Assembly (NCBI GenBank): GCA_949288455.1
Contig: CASEKF010000019.1
Span: forward strand, 5,940-69,939
Origin: an uncultured bacterium
GTDB lineage: Bacteria; Vulcanimicrobiota; CADAWZ01
Direction of reading: 5' to 3'
Length of the DNA: 64,000 bases
The position numbers were made by a program, and so were the translations under genes. Positions 36,310 through 46,161 of this stretch are shown here, one piece after another. Under the pieces are notes generated by a model. That model had not been told where the DNA came from and did no database searches. It saw only the letters and a program-made list of their open reading frames with translations. Each line of letters begins with the position of its first letter. Positions within the stretch are counted from its first letter, which is position 1.

Positions 36310-37269
36310 TTAATCTTTATGATAGAAGACGCCGCTTCTCGCGCTTCCGGTATCTCTGGTAATTTCCTGAATGCTGTCTCCATTATTGTTGGAACCTATC
36401 AAAGTAGGAGGATTACCGGCTTTTTCGACAATTTCAGTATGACCGCGGCTATCGTTAATCCAAACGTCTCCCGGTTGAGCCTGAGAAGCTGGGACTTGTC
36501 TGAAACCTTCGGCTATCAATCCTTTTTCGAAAGCTTTAACGTTAATATAATGGTTTTTAAGCTTCCCGGTAGATTCCAGAAGCGAACTTACAAAATCGAC
36601 GCAGTTATTGTTTCTACCGCCTGCGGCAGTGAAATGAGGAAGTTCTCCCTTAAGACTGGCGGAATCCCTGCCAAGATATTTCTGAGCAAGAGCTACGGCC
36701 TCATTATTGGAAGTAGAAGGAGAAGTCCCGCTCATAGCCCCGGAGGATCCAACGGGATAACTGCCGCTTCCGCCGCCATATCCGCCGCCGGAAGCTCCGA
36801 TGGGAAGTCCGCCGCCATATCCGCCGCCGGAAGCTCCGATAGGCAATCCTCCGGCCATACCCGTCTCTCCCATCATCTGCTGCTGCATCATCATCTGCAA
36901 CATCATCATCATCTGCATCATCATCATAAGCATCAACATCATCTGATTATTCTGAGCTTGCCCTCCAAACATACTTCCGGCAGGCGAAACCGCTCCGCCA
37001 AATCCCGGAACCATCCCTAACCCCATGGAATTTAAGGGATTCATTCCGGCATTGCCAAACATAGACGAAAGGTTTCCAATAGAACTATAAGGATCGTTTT
37101 TATCAGGAGAAAGATTAGATACGTCTCCGCCTAAATTAATGCTAAAACTTAAATTTATGCCTACGTTAGGAGTCATAGCTCCCATAGACGTCAATCCGCC
37201 AAAAGAATTCAAAGGACTAACCCCGCCGGGAAAACCAAAGGGACTCATTCCGCCAATTCCGAAATTCAT
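36310..37269 (-). CDS. Gly/Ser/Met-rich N-terminal module plus C-terminal NlpC/P60-CHAP-like Cys-His peptidoglycan hydrolase
   Basis: AVALAQKYLG, NCVDFVS (catalytic Cys), AQPGDV, GHTEIV (catalytic His). No Sec signal. Start ATG 37269 or TTG 37275 after AGGAGG. Confidence 0.78.
   Translation of the reverse strand: MNFGIGGMSPFGFPGGVSPLNSFGGLTSMGAMTPNVGINLSFSINLGGDVSNLSPDKNDPYSSIGNLSSMFGNAGMNPLNSMGLGMVPGFGGAVSPAGSMFGGQAQNNQMMLMLMMMMQMMMMLQMMMQQQMMGETGMAGGLPIGASGGGYGGGLPIGASGGGYGGGSGSYPVGSSGAMSGTSPSTSNNEAVALAQKYLGRDSASLKGELPHFTAAGGRNNNCVDFVSSLLESTGKLKNHYINVKAFEKGLIAEGFRQVPASQAQPGDVWINDSRGHTEIVEKAGNPPTLIGSNNNGDSIQEITRDTGSARSGVFYHKD
36769..36840. repeat. 39-bp-period tandem duplication encoding GGLPIGASGGGYG twice
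   Basis: 33 identical bp at 36769-36801 and 36808-36840. Confidence 0.9.
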
Positions 37270-37384
37270 TAACAACTATCCTCCTTAAAAATATTTTAAT
37301 AATTAGTTCAAAATTTATAACAATTTAGTTTAATTTTAAAACGATAAAACTTTAAAATTAATATATGTCAAAAACTTTCTTGTC

Positions 37385-37451
37385 TATATTATATAACTAA
37401 TTGCTAATCAAAATATTTATAATTATTGTAACATATATAAATCTTTTGTAA
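37385..37451 (-). promoter_or_regulatory. putative promoter with direct-repeat activator box TTACA-N15-TTACA and -10 TATAAT
   Basis: Plus-strand TGTAA at 37427-37431 and 37447-37451, ATTATA at 37388-37393; mirrors 4064-4129. Confidence 0.55.
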
Positions 37452-37468
37452 ACTTTTATTAAAAATAT

Positions 37469-38044
37469 TTAATTTCTGACAAATCTTTTTTGAACGGAAT
37501 AACCAAATTTACCTATTTTCTTACCTAATAATCTATACTCTCCATGAGAATAGGCGATAAGAGAAGAATCTTCCAGCTTTAAACGTCCTTTTTTATCCAA
37601 TAAACATTCAGCCGCGTTAACCGCTTCAATAGAAGCCATAAACATATCATGAGATCCTAATTCTATCACTCGAGTAACTTTACATTCCAAATTTACCGGA
37701 GAGTCGGCAAGACAAGGCGAGGATATTTTCGAAGATTTCTGCAGCTTCAAACCCATAGCTTTAATTTTATCAATTTCAGCCCCGGATTTAACTCCGCAAA
37801 AATCGGCGGCTCTACATAACTTTTCCGTAACCAGATTAATCGTAAAACATCCGGAATCAACAATAATTCCATGAGAAAACCGTTCTTTTCTTAAGGATAC
37901 ATACGTCATAGGCGGTTCTGAATTTATAATGCCGGTCCAAGCCGCGGTCATAACGTTAGGCTTTTCAAAAGTACCGCAAGATACCATTATCAGGGGAAGA
38001 GGATAAAGCATTGTTCCGGGTTTCCATACGAGTTTTTTCATCAA
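37469..38044 (-). CDS. flavin reductase family protein
   Basis: LYPLPLIMVSCG, NVMTAAWTG, ADFCGVKSG, SPVNLECKV, LGSHDMF. Confidence 0.9.
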   Translation of the reverse strand: MMKKLVWKPGTMLYPLPLIMVSCGTFEKPNVMTAAWTGIINSEPPMTYVSLRKERFSHGIIVDSGCFTINLVTEKLCRAADFCGVKSGAEIDKIKAMGLKLQKSSKISSPCLADSPVNLECKVTRVIELGSHDMFMASIEAVNAAECLLDKKGRLKLEDSSLIAYSHGEYRLLGKKIGKFGYSVQKRFVRN

Positions 38045-38118
38045 TAAACCTCCGTCTGTAAATAAAAGTCCCGGAACGAAGCTCCAGAGACATCTTTGCC
38101 GATGAATTATTTTATCGT

Positions 38119-39549
38119 CTAGCCATTGTTAGCTATGATATTCACGATATTGTCTTCAAAACCTTTATACACGGACGCGCCGTACTGATGATTGTTTGAA
38201 ATTATGGAAAAAACTACGGTGTCTCCGCTCAAAGTTTCGACATATCCGGATAAAGCCGAAACATTATTTATAGATCCCGTTTTAGCTCTAACTTTTATAT
38301 TGGACATTCTATACTTTAAAGTTCCGTCGACTCCGGACTGCGGCATCGTTTTAATAAAATCGGCGAATTTATCGGAAGAAAACATATAAACAAGCAATTC
38401 GCCTAACTGCTTAGCCGTGGTCTTATTTTCCTCAGACAACCCGCAGCCGTCCGCAAGAACTAAATTCTCAACGCTGACGCCCGCGTCTTCCAACATAGCG
38501 AAAACCGCTTTGGAAGCGTTCTCTCGACTTCCTTTTCCCAATTGCTCGGCTCCTATAGTTTTAAAAATATGCTGCGCTAAAAAATTATCGCTATCCTTCA
38601 TCATAGGTATAAGTATATCTATCATTTTCGGAGACTCATGTCTAGCAAGCTCGACAAATTCAGAATACTTATATCGGGAATTTATTTCGGAAATGAGCTT
38701 CGTTTCGCCGGTATTGTATATACTCTGTTCTCTTAAGGCATTTTCAAATGCGTCAAGAGTAAAAAGCGAAGGGTTATGAATAGGAATCAAAGCGCCTCCC
38801 GATTCATAAGGAGAAAGAGCTCCGGATATAGTCACGTCGTTAGAATCCCGTTTTCTGGTCACTTTGACGGCAGTATAAGGCCTTTCTACGGTCTTGTCTA
38901 TAAGATTTATAATCGAAGTGTTTGGAAAGAAAGACGCGACGCCGTCGGTCATAGTTATTTGAATCAAGTTTGCGTTAAGAGAAAGACCTGCGCATTGAGC
39001 CGCATAAGTGTCCAGCATATAGCGATCCTTCCATCCGAGTCCCAAAAATTCTCTGTCAAAAACGGAATCGTCTCCTATTATATCTCCGGTAAATAATCTT
39101 AATCCCTTACAGGCCAACTCGCTGGCAAATTCTTCAAGAACTTGGGTGGGATTATCCATAAAAGGCTCGCAAAAAGTAGGATCGCCTGACCCCACTAAAT
39201 ACAAAGAACTTTCCATAACCCCGCGAGTCTTATCTATGGGCGTTCCGTAAAGGCAAGTCGTATACTTATAATCCGAGCCTAAATAGTAAAGAGCGGCCGC
39301 AGCCGTAAATATTTTTAAATTTGACGCCGGGCTCAAAGGCATAGTCGAATTATATTGATAAAGAGGAACTCCTCTGGAATCGGCGACATATATGCTTACG
39401 TCCGCGCTATTAGCGGCCTCAGACGCAAGAACATAATTATTTAGCTCCTCGGCGAGAGTTCTGCTTATGGGATATGCGGAGGAAACTAACGATAAAAAGA
39501 AGAAAACAGAAACTAATATAAAAGATAATTTTCTATTTAGCGGCGACAT
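38119..39549 (-). CDS. dacB: D-Ala-D-Ala carboxypeptidase/endopeptidase (S13, PBP4)
   Basis: PASNLK (SxxK), GSGDP, SDN, KTG; signal peptide from ATG 39549. Confidence 0.92.
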   Translation of the reverse strand: MSPLNRKLSFILVSVFFFLSLVSSAYPISRTLAEELNNYVLASEAANSADVSIYVADSRGVPLYQYNSTMPLSPASNLKIFTAAAALYYLGSDYKYTTCLYGTPIDKTRGVMESSLYLVGSGDPTFCEPFMDNPTQVLEEFASELACKGLRLFTGDIIGDDSVFDREFLGLGWKDRYMLDTYAAQCAGLSLNANLIQITMTDGVASFFPNTSIINLIDKTVERPYTAVKVTRKRDSNDVTISGALSPYESGGALIPIHNPSLFTLDAFENALREQSIYNTGETKLISEINSRYKYSEFVELARHESPKMIDILIPMMKDSDNFLAQHIFKTIGAEQLGKGSRENASKAVFAMLEDAGVSVENLVLADGCGLSEENKTTAKQLGELLVYMFSSDKFADFIKTMPQSGVDGTLKYRMSNIKVRAKTGSINNVSALSGYVETLSGDTVVFSIISNNHQYGASVYKGFEDNIVNIIANNG

Positions 39550-39623
39550 TTTCAATACTCCGACAAATACAATTTCAAAAGATTCCAAAATTATTCTATA
39601 GAAATATTTCAAAAATCCTTTCT

Positions 39624-41651
39624 CTATCTATTTTTATTCACAAAAACTTTCGACGTCCATATTAAAATTAATAAAACCAGACTTCCGACAATCCATCCGA
39701 TAACTACGCTGTTGAACACTCTAATTAGCGTAATACGGATAGGAGTATGTATATGCGCGAATGTGTCGGTAAGATCTGCGGCGCCTATAGACGCGGCCGC
39801 GATTAAAATCCAGGAAAATTTTTCCAAACAGAAAAGTCTCAAAGCGCCGAAACACATAACGGCAGGAAAACCGATAAGAAATTCTTTCAATCTAGGTCTT
39901 ATCATAAGACCGCTAAGGAAAGAACGCAAAGTCAACTCTAACTTTGAAACGGCGGCTTCGGAAGCGTTTCCGGTTCTAAGCAGATAATACCCTCCGAGAA
40001 TCCCGATCAAGCCTAAAAAAGCCGCATGCGCAAATTTTACGCTTTCGTCCATAAATTTTTTCAGAGTTCCCGAAATATCCCCCGGATGCGAAATCCAAGC
40101 GAGAACGACTATAATAGGAGGCAAAGCCATAATAATTTTAATGCCTCTAAACATATCGGCATGAATATAAAACTCAGCTCCGGCAAGAAGAGTTCCTATC
40201 ATAACTCCTCCGGCGGAAGCAATACAGGCCATTTTCAATAAAATAAGCGAAGATTCTTTCCACATCCGGAACGGAGTCATTTCGCCAAGCAAACGCCTAA
40301 AAGAATCGAAATTAACGACAAGCGCAAGAATAGGAAAAACTATTCCGGCTACCAGAGCCGAAGCTTTTCTATATAAAGAAACTTGTCCCGATATTATAAA
40401 AAAGATTGAAATCAAAGCCCATAAACATATTGCGAGAAAATCTGTTTTTACATTAAAAACACGATAAAAATTAAAAAACATTAATAATAAAACGAAAGCC
40501 GACAGAGTTCCGAAAGAAAGAATCAAAGCGCGCCAAACAGGATAAGATGACGATTTAAACGGTTCCGCCAATCCCAAGCGAAAACCTTCCGCGTCTATAA
40601 CGCTTTTTATTTTAGAGATATAATTTAAATTTAATTGTTCCAAAGAATCAGTTCCGACAGATACGGTATGCGGTCTTATATATATTATTCTAATATTTCT
40701 TTCCCTTATTCCGAGAGAATATTTCTCGACCATATCGTCAATATTAAGCTTTTTCTGCTGAGTAGGAACTATTGTCATAACTCGAACGGCATTATCGCAG
40801 GCGTTTAAAGAAAGAGACTGGATTCCCTTCTGCATAGCTTTTACGTTGGGGGACTCTATAACTCCGAAGCGTATATGTAAAGCCTTTATAAGAGAAGCCG
40901 TATAAGAAAGATAATTAGGATATCCAAGGACGTCGTTATCTGAACCGGCGAAAATAAACTTATCCGCGGAAAAATCGTTTTTTAAAAGTTCTATATACCG
41001 TTTTATTTTATCTTTAGAGGCGTCCTGCCTATTTTCAGGCCTTAAAATTATTCCCAACCCCAAATCCCGGCAAAATTTAATATCAGCTTTCGAAAACCCC
41101 AAGCCAAACGTTTTTTCCGCCTGTTCAAAGAGTCGGCATTCAAATATTGCCGGATCGGCAAAAGATATGGAATCAGGGCGTCGAACAAGTCTCATATCAG
41201 GATATGACAAAAAAGAAAAAGTTTCAATCTGCTCGACAGTATCTTCCGAATATACGAAAATATAAGTTTTATCAAGTAAAGGCGCGCCTATTTCATTTAA
41301 AAAGCCCCCGAAAACTTCATACCGAAGTTTCGCCCCCTGACAAAAAAACAGTTTGCCTCTATCCGCTAATTTAGAGAGAGTATCCTCGGAAAAAGCGACG
41401 GAAGACAAACCGGAGGACTTGAACTTTATAAGCGTCTCTTTAAAATTTATATTTTGAGATATGGCAAAATTATAAAGAGACGCATATTCTGCGGTAATTT
41501 CTACCGTTTTATTAGAAACTTCCTCCGCATGTCTTTGGAATAAAGCGAAGACCGCAAACAAAACGGCCGCGATCGCCGCGTAATAAAAAAAATTCTTTTT
41601 TAAGAAAGGCTCCGCGGCCTTTTTATCATTTTCATCTGAGTTGTAATTCAT
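39624..41651 (-). CDS. DUF5693-like membrane protein
   Basis: RERNIRIIYIRP, FRGIK, YYLLRTGN, RPRLKEFLIGFP, TFAHIHTP; large extracellular domain plus multi-TM C-terminus. Confidence 0.8.
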   Translation of the reverse strand: MNYNSDENDKKAAEPFLKKNFFYYAAIAAVLFAVFALFQRHAEEVSNKTVEITAEYASLYNFAISQNINFKETLIKFKSSGLSSVAFSEDTLSKLADRGKLFFCQGAKLRYEVFGGFLNEIGAPLLDKTYIFVYSEDTVEQIETFSFLSYPDMRLVRRPDSISFADPAIFECRLFEQAEKTFGLGFSKADIKFCRDLGLGIILRPENRQDASKDKIKRYIELLKNDFSADKFIFAGSDNDVLGYPNYLSYTASLIKALHIRFGVIESPNVKAMQKGIQSLSLNACDNAVRVMTIVPTQQKKLNIDDMVEKYSLGIRERNIRIIYIRPHTVSVGTDSLEQLNLNYISKIKSVIDAEGFRLGLAEPFKSSSYPVWRALILSFGTLSAFVLLLMFFNFYRVFNVKTDFLAICLWALISIFFIISGQVSLYRKASALVAGIVFPILALVVNFDSFRRLLGEMTPFRMWKESSLILLKMACIASAGGVMIGTLLAGAEFYIHADMFRGIKIIMALPPIIVVLAWISHPGDISGTLKKFMDESVKFAHAAFLGLIGILGGYYLLRTGNASEAAVSKLELTLRSFLSGLMIRPRLKEFLIGFPAVMCFGALRLFCLEKFSWILIAAASIGAADLTDTFAHIHTPIRITLIRVFNSVVIGWIVGSLVLLILIWTSKVFVNKNR

Positions 41652-41894
41652 AAATTAATTATCCATACTTTACTTAAATATCAATATTGAAAACATCAAA
41701 AACGACATTATAACTCGCGCTAACGCGGATATTTAAACATATTTATAAGCGTTGCTTTAACTCTATATAGGTAAATGGCAAAAATATATTTTACGTCTTA
41801 CGCGGCCTAAAATACGTATAAAATTACTCGGACGTTCATATTTTTCAAAGCTAAAAACGTTATCTAATTCTTTAAATTTTTAGCGCGGCTTAAA

Positions 41895-42857
41895 TTATTT
41901 TTTCCGACTTTTGAAAGTTTTTGAAAATTTATCTTTAGCAAAATTATAAATTTCTTGCAGCTCCTGAGAGGTTAAAATTTTTCTGTCTCTATAAAATCTC
42001 TTAGCCGCTACTCCGACGGCATAAGTTCCGGAAAAAGCAATCGAAGATTTTATTAACGGGCCTACTACCGGCGCTAATCCCGAAACAAATCTAGACAAAG
42101 CCTTCCAACCGAACGAAGTTGCCAAAATCGGCCATAGCTCCGTCATCCTGGCCAGCAAATCCATTTCTGATCCGTAAATTCCGGCTACCCTCATTCCCAG
42201 CCTAACTTGATTCGCCGTTAAAATAACGGTTTCTCCCGGGACTCCTAAAACTCCGGCTATAGGGCCTATCACGGGCAAATTGGGCGGAATGGAAGAAATT
42301 AGAGCGATACCCGCGTTATCGCGCGACATATTCATTATTATATCGTCGGCAATGTAATCCCTTAACCCCGGATAAAGTCTGGCGGCGGCAAAAGAGCTTT
42401 TCCCCAAATTTCTGATGAAACGCTCTATAAAATCTTTTTCCGATTTGTACCATATGGGTTTTCTAAGGGCCATTTTGTAAAAAAGAGACGTTACGTTTTC
42501 TTTGGTTAAAGAATCGTTTTCAGCGCGTATGCAGCATAATATCTTTTTTCTGGCCACGGGAGGAATTATCTTAAATATAGAGCTTAAACCTTTGATATCG
42601 ATAATCGAATCGTCCAGAAAAAAAAGAGAAAACGAAGACTGTCTTATTCTTTCGCACTCCTGAGGAGTCTTAGGGAAAGAATGAATTTTAATTTCAGCGG
42701 AAGGCATAATGATAGAAGCCGCCGCAAACGCGGTTATTTCATCGCCGAAAAATTCCAATGTTACGGGCGTATTGAATTCGTTTTCCAAATCGTTCATAGA
42801 AAAATGAGTTTTAAATATATTAAGAAGATCGCCCAAATTTATACTCATAATAATCAA
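41895..42857 (-). CDS. hypothetical protein with DUF697/EcsC-like C-terminal domain
   Basis: ILTANQVRLGMRVAGIYG, PVVGPLIKSSIAFSGTYAVG. Confidence 0.65.
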   Translation of the reverse strand: MIIMSINLGDLLNIFKTHFSMNDLENEFNTPVTLEFFGDEITAFAAASIIMPSAEIKIHSFPKTPQECERIRQSSFSLFFLDDSIIDIKGLSSIFKIIPPVARKKILCCIRAENDSLTKENVTSLFYKMALRKPIWYKSEKDFIERFIRNLGKSSFAAARLYPGLRDYIADDIIMNMSRDNAGIALISSIPPNLPVIGPIAGVLGVPGETVILTANQVRLGMRVAGIYGSEMDLLARMTELWPILATSFGWKALSRFVSGLAPVVGPLIKSSIAFSGTYAVGVAAKRFYRDRKILTSQELQEIYNFAKDKFSKTFKSRKK

Positions 42858-43018
42858 CAGCCTCCTTATATAATATTATACGAAACTAAACGTAATATCT
42901 AGCGTAACCGGACCAAATGCGAGCCGCGCTACAAAATAAGAAAAGAACGCGCCTTGATTTTATTCACCAAAACAAAGCGCGTCCCTACTAAGAATTCTTC
43001 TGAAAATGACGACTTTAT

Positions 43019-44935
43019 CTAAATTTTGTCCAATATTTCCGCTTTAATTTTGGAGATAAAGACTTCTAAAGGCATAGTTCCAATATTTCCGGCTTTTCTA
43101 TGTCTTACGGAAACTGTCCCTGACGAAGATTCCTGTTCTCCTACGACTACCATATAAGGTATTTTTTCTAATTGAGCTCTTTTTATCTTAGCGTTGATCT
43201 TCTCGTTTCTGTCGTCAAGTTTAACTCTTGCTCCGCCTGCGGCAAGAGCGTCTCTTACGGAACGAGCATAATCGTTATATTTTTCGGTTATAGGAGTCAC
43301 TACGGCCTGAACGGGACAAAGCCATAACGGAAAAGCTCCGCCGTAATGTTCCGTCAGACATCCCATAAAGCGCTCCATAGATCCAAGAAGAGCTCTATGA
43401 ACCATATAAACTAAATGCTCTTTGCCGTCGGCCCCTTTATACTTGACGTCAAATCTGCCGGGAAGGTTAAAATCGAACTGTACGGTAGGCCCCTGCCAGT
43501 TTCTTCCGAGAGCGTCTTTAATTTTTATATCTATCTTAGGTCCGTAGAACACTGCTCCCCCCTCGTCGAGGACATAAGGCAGACCGGCCGCTTCAAGAGC
43601 TTTCGCAAGCGTAGATTCAGCCCTATCCCAATCCTCGGAAGTTCCGGCATATTTTTCAGGCCTCGTCGCAAGATTGATCTCATACTCCTTGAATCCGAAA
43701 GTTTCCATAAGAAAAATCGCGAAATTGACGCAATTCATCATTTCTTCTTCCAGCTGTTCATGGGAGCAGAAAATATGCGCGTCATCCTGAGTAAAACCTC
43801 TGACTCTCAAAAGCCCATGAAGAGCTCCCGAACGCTCGTATCTATAAACGGTGCCTAATTCGGCAAATCTAACCGGCAGTTCCTTATACGAACGAGGACG
43901 AGAATTATAAATCATAATATGGAACGGGCAATTCATCGGCTTAAGAATATATTGCTGGCCGTCTATGTCGATCGGCCTATACATATTTTCGTTATAAAAA
44001 TCCCAATGACCGGATTTTTTCCACAGATCTATTCTCGCTATATGAGGAGTATAAACAAGCTCATATCCTCTTTTAAGATGCTCGTTCTTCCAGAAATCTT
44101 CTATCGTCTTTCTAATAAAAGCTCCGTTGGGATGCCAATATACAAGTCCGGGGCCTCCGTTTTCATAAAATCCGAAAAGATCCAACTCTTTTCCAAGTTT
44201 TCTGTGATCGCGCTTTTTAGCTTCTTCAAGGCGCGCTATATATTCGTTCAATGACTTTTTATCGTCAAAAGCCGTTCCGTATATGCGCTGTAACATTTCT
44301 CGGTTTTCGTCTCCTCGCCAATAAGCCCCCGCGATAGATAAAAGTTTAAATTCCTTTATGCCTGCGGTAGAAGGGATATGAGGGCCCGCGCAAAGATCTG
44401 AAAAATCGCCGCAGGAATATATGCTTACCTCTTCGGCGTCTATATTTCCGGCTAACTCGGCTTTATATTTTTCGCCTTTCTCTTCAAAAAGCTTTATCGC
44501 TTCTTCCTTTTTGATCATAGTCTTTTTAAAAGGAAAATTCTGAGCGATAATTTTTCTCATTTCACGTTCAATTTTATCTAAATCTTCAGGAACGAAAGCT
44601 TCTTCTTTATCAAAGTCATAATAGAAGCCGTTCTCAATTGAAGGGCCTATCGCTACTTTCACTTCCGGAAAAAGTTTAGTTACCGCCGCGGCCATAACGT
44701 GAGAAGCGCTATGCCTTATTACGGCCAAACCGTCCGGTTCGTCGGCAAAAACCATTTCGACTACGGAATCTTCGCCTGCGGAAGAAGACAAATCTACAAT
44801 ACGCCCGTTAATTCTTGCCGCTACGCATTTTTTCAAACTCTGCCGATCAAAATTTTTAAAACATTCAAAACAAGATATCTCGCAATTTTCAAGTTCTTTA
44901 GATTCTCCGCTTCGCGGATTTACAATTTTTATCAT
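43019..44935 (-). CDS. thrS: threonine--tRNA ligase
   Basis: TGS domain, RHSASH, DLCAGPH, RDHRKLG, KPMNCP, RVRGFTQDDAH, FYGPKID. Confidence 0.98.
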   Translation of the reverse strand: MIKIVNPRSGESKELENCEISCFECFKNFDRQSLKKCVAARINGRIVDLSSSAGEDSVVEMVFADEPDGLAVIRHSASHVMAAAVTKLFPEVKVAIGPSIENGFYYDFDKEEAFVPEDLDKIEREMRKIIAQNFPFKKTMIKKEEAIKLFEEKGEKYKAELAGNIDAEEVSIYSCGDFSDLCAGPHIPSTAGIKEFKLLSIAGAYWRGDENREMLQRIYGTAFDDKKSLNEYIARLEEAKKRDHRKLGKELDLFGFYENGGPGLVYWHPNGAFIRKTIEDFWKNEHLKRGYELVYTPHIARIDLWKKSGHWDFYNENMYRPIDIDGQQYILKPMNCPFHIMIYNSRPRSYKELPVRFAELGTVYRYERSGALHGLLRVRGFTQDDAHIFCSHEQLEEEMMNCVNFAIFLMETFGFKEYEINLATRPEKYAGTSEDWDRAESTLAKALEAAGLPYVLDEGGAVFYGPKIDIKIKDALGRNWQGPTVQFDFNLPGRFDVKYKGADGKEHLVYMVHRALLGSMERFMGCLTEHYGGAFPLWLCPVQAVVTPITEKYNDYARSVRDALAAGGARVKLDDRNEKINAKIKRAQLEKIPYMVVVGEQESSSGTVSVRHRKAGNIGTMPLEVFISKIKAEILDKI

Positions 44936-45061
44936 TATGTAATCCTCTCTAAAGGGTTATATCTATGACTGTCATAAATGGCAGTCTGGTAATATTCTGT
45001 TTAAGTTCCTTAAACCCTTTAAAAGCTATAAAGACTCAAGATAGCTCCGGCTTATTTGAGA

Positions 45062-45089
45062 TTGACAACATTGAACGCTTTGTTATAAT
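45062..45089 (+). promoter_or_regulatory. consensus sigma70 promoter
   Basis: TTGACA (45062-45067)-N16-TATAAT (45084-45089) with extended TG; about 255 nt upstream of the esterase ATG. Confidence 0.65.
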
Positions 45090-45345
45090 TAATAATTATG
45101 CTAAAATATCCAAGTTCTAGCCGAGACTTTCTATAATGAATATCACGTCGAGGACTAACGCCTCCGAAGATACTACGCAAAATTAATACAACCCAATACG
45201 ACACTACGATCTTCTTTAAAGTTTTATTACGGATAAAAATTAAATTTGACATATAGCTGATTGCGGAAAATTGTACCGTTCAATAGTAATATTTTTAGAC
45301 AAAAATTACATAAATTTAAATACGCAAATTTTAAGGAGAAAAAAA

Positions 45346-46059
45346 ATGGCTTCTTCAGTCTATCATAAATCGTTTTATTCGCCGTCTCTTAAATCTGAAA
45401 AAAGATACTGTATATACCTTCCGGACTCATATTTTCACAGAGAAGATTTAAGATATTCGGTTTTATATCTTCTTCCGGGACTTATGGACTACGAGGTTAC
45501 CTGGTTTGAAAAAGGAAGAGTTAAGGAACATATGGATTCTCTTGTTTACGACGGTAAAATCGGAGAATATATCATCGTATCGGCAGATAAAGACGACGCA
45601 GCTTTAGACATAAACAGAAAAAAGGAATTTTCGGAGTATCTCGCAAAAGATTTAAAAGGGCATATAGACTTTGAATATAGAACTATTCCAATGAGAAAAC
45701 ACTGCGGCATCGAAGGTCTGTCTCTAGGAGCAAGCTGGTCAGTTCATATGGGTATCAATTACCCCGAAATATATTCTTCTATAGGAGCGCTAAGCGGAGG
45801 TTACGGAGACGAAATTTACTCTAAAATATGGGAAACCCGGCTAAAACTTCATAATCTAGGCATGAGGTTTAGAGTCGGAGTAGGAACTTGGGAACCTGAA
45901 TTTATTCCGGGCAACGAAAGATTTGTAAATTTTATGAGAGATCTTGGATTTTATTGCGAGCTGGAAAAAACTGAAGGGCCTCATGACTGGCCTTTATGGG
46001 AAAAACAAATATACAACTCTTTACAATTCCATTATTATTCTTTCAATCACCAGGCTTAG
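45346..46059 (+). CDS. alpha/beta-hydrolase esterase (Fes/XynB-like)
   Basis: IYLPDSY, YSVLYLLPG, GLSLG nucleophile elbow, GPHDWPLW; ATG 45346 after AAGGAG. Confidence 0.85.
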   Translation: MASSVYHKSFYSPSLKSEKRYCIYLPDSYFHREDLRYSVLYLLPGLMDYEVTWFEKGRVKEHMDSLVYDGKIGEYIIVSADKDDAALDINRKKEFSEYLAKDLKGHIDFEYRTIPMRKHCGIEGLSLGASWSVHMGINYPEIYSSIGALSGGYGDEIYSKIWETRLKLHNLGMRFRVGVGTWEPEFIPGNERFVNFMRDLGFYCELEKTEGPHDWPLWEKQIYNSLQFHYYSFNHQA

Positions 46060-46161
46060 TCTAACTATATAATTAACGAAATCGCGTTCAAATTAAAATT
46101 CTATATCGGATATATCGTAATCCCTTAATATTAACCTTGTTTAACGTTAGCGGAGGAATAA

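Noticed and set aside
36319-37020. 233-aa plus-strand ORF with a poly-His tract
   Set aside because: Antisense shadow of the poly-Met (ATG)n tract in the 36310 gene, which has the RBS, terminator and catalytic motifs.
42941-42952. 12-nt match (AAAAGAACGCGC) to positions 5-16 of the predicted TnpB guide, downstream of thrS
   Set aside because: The TAM-proximal seed positions mismatch, and a 12-mer match can arise by chance.
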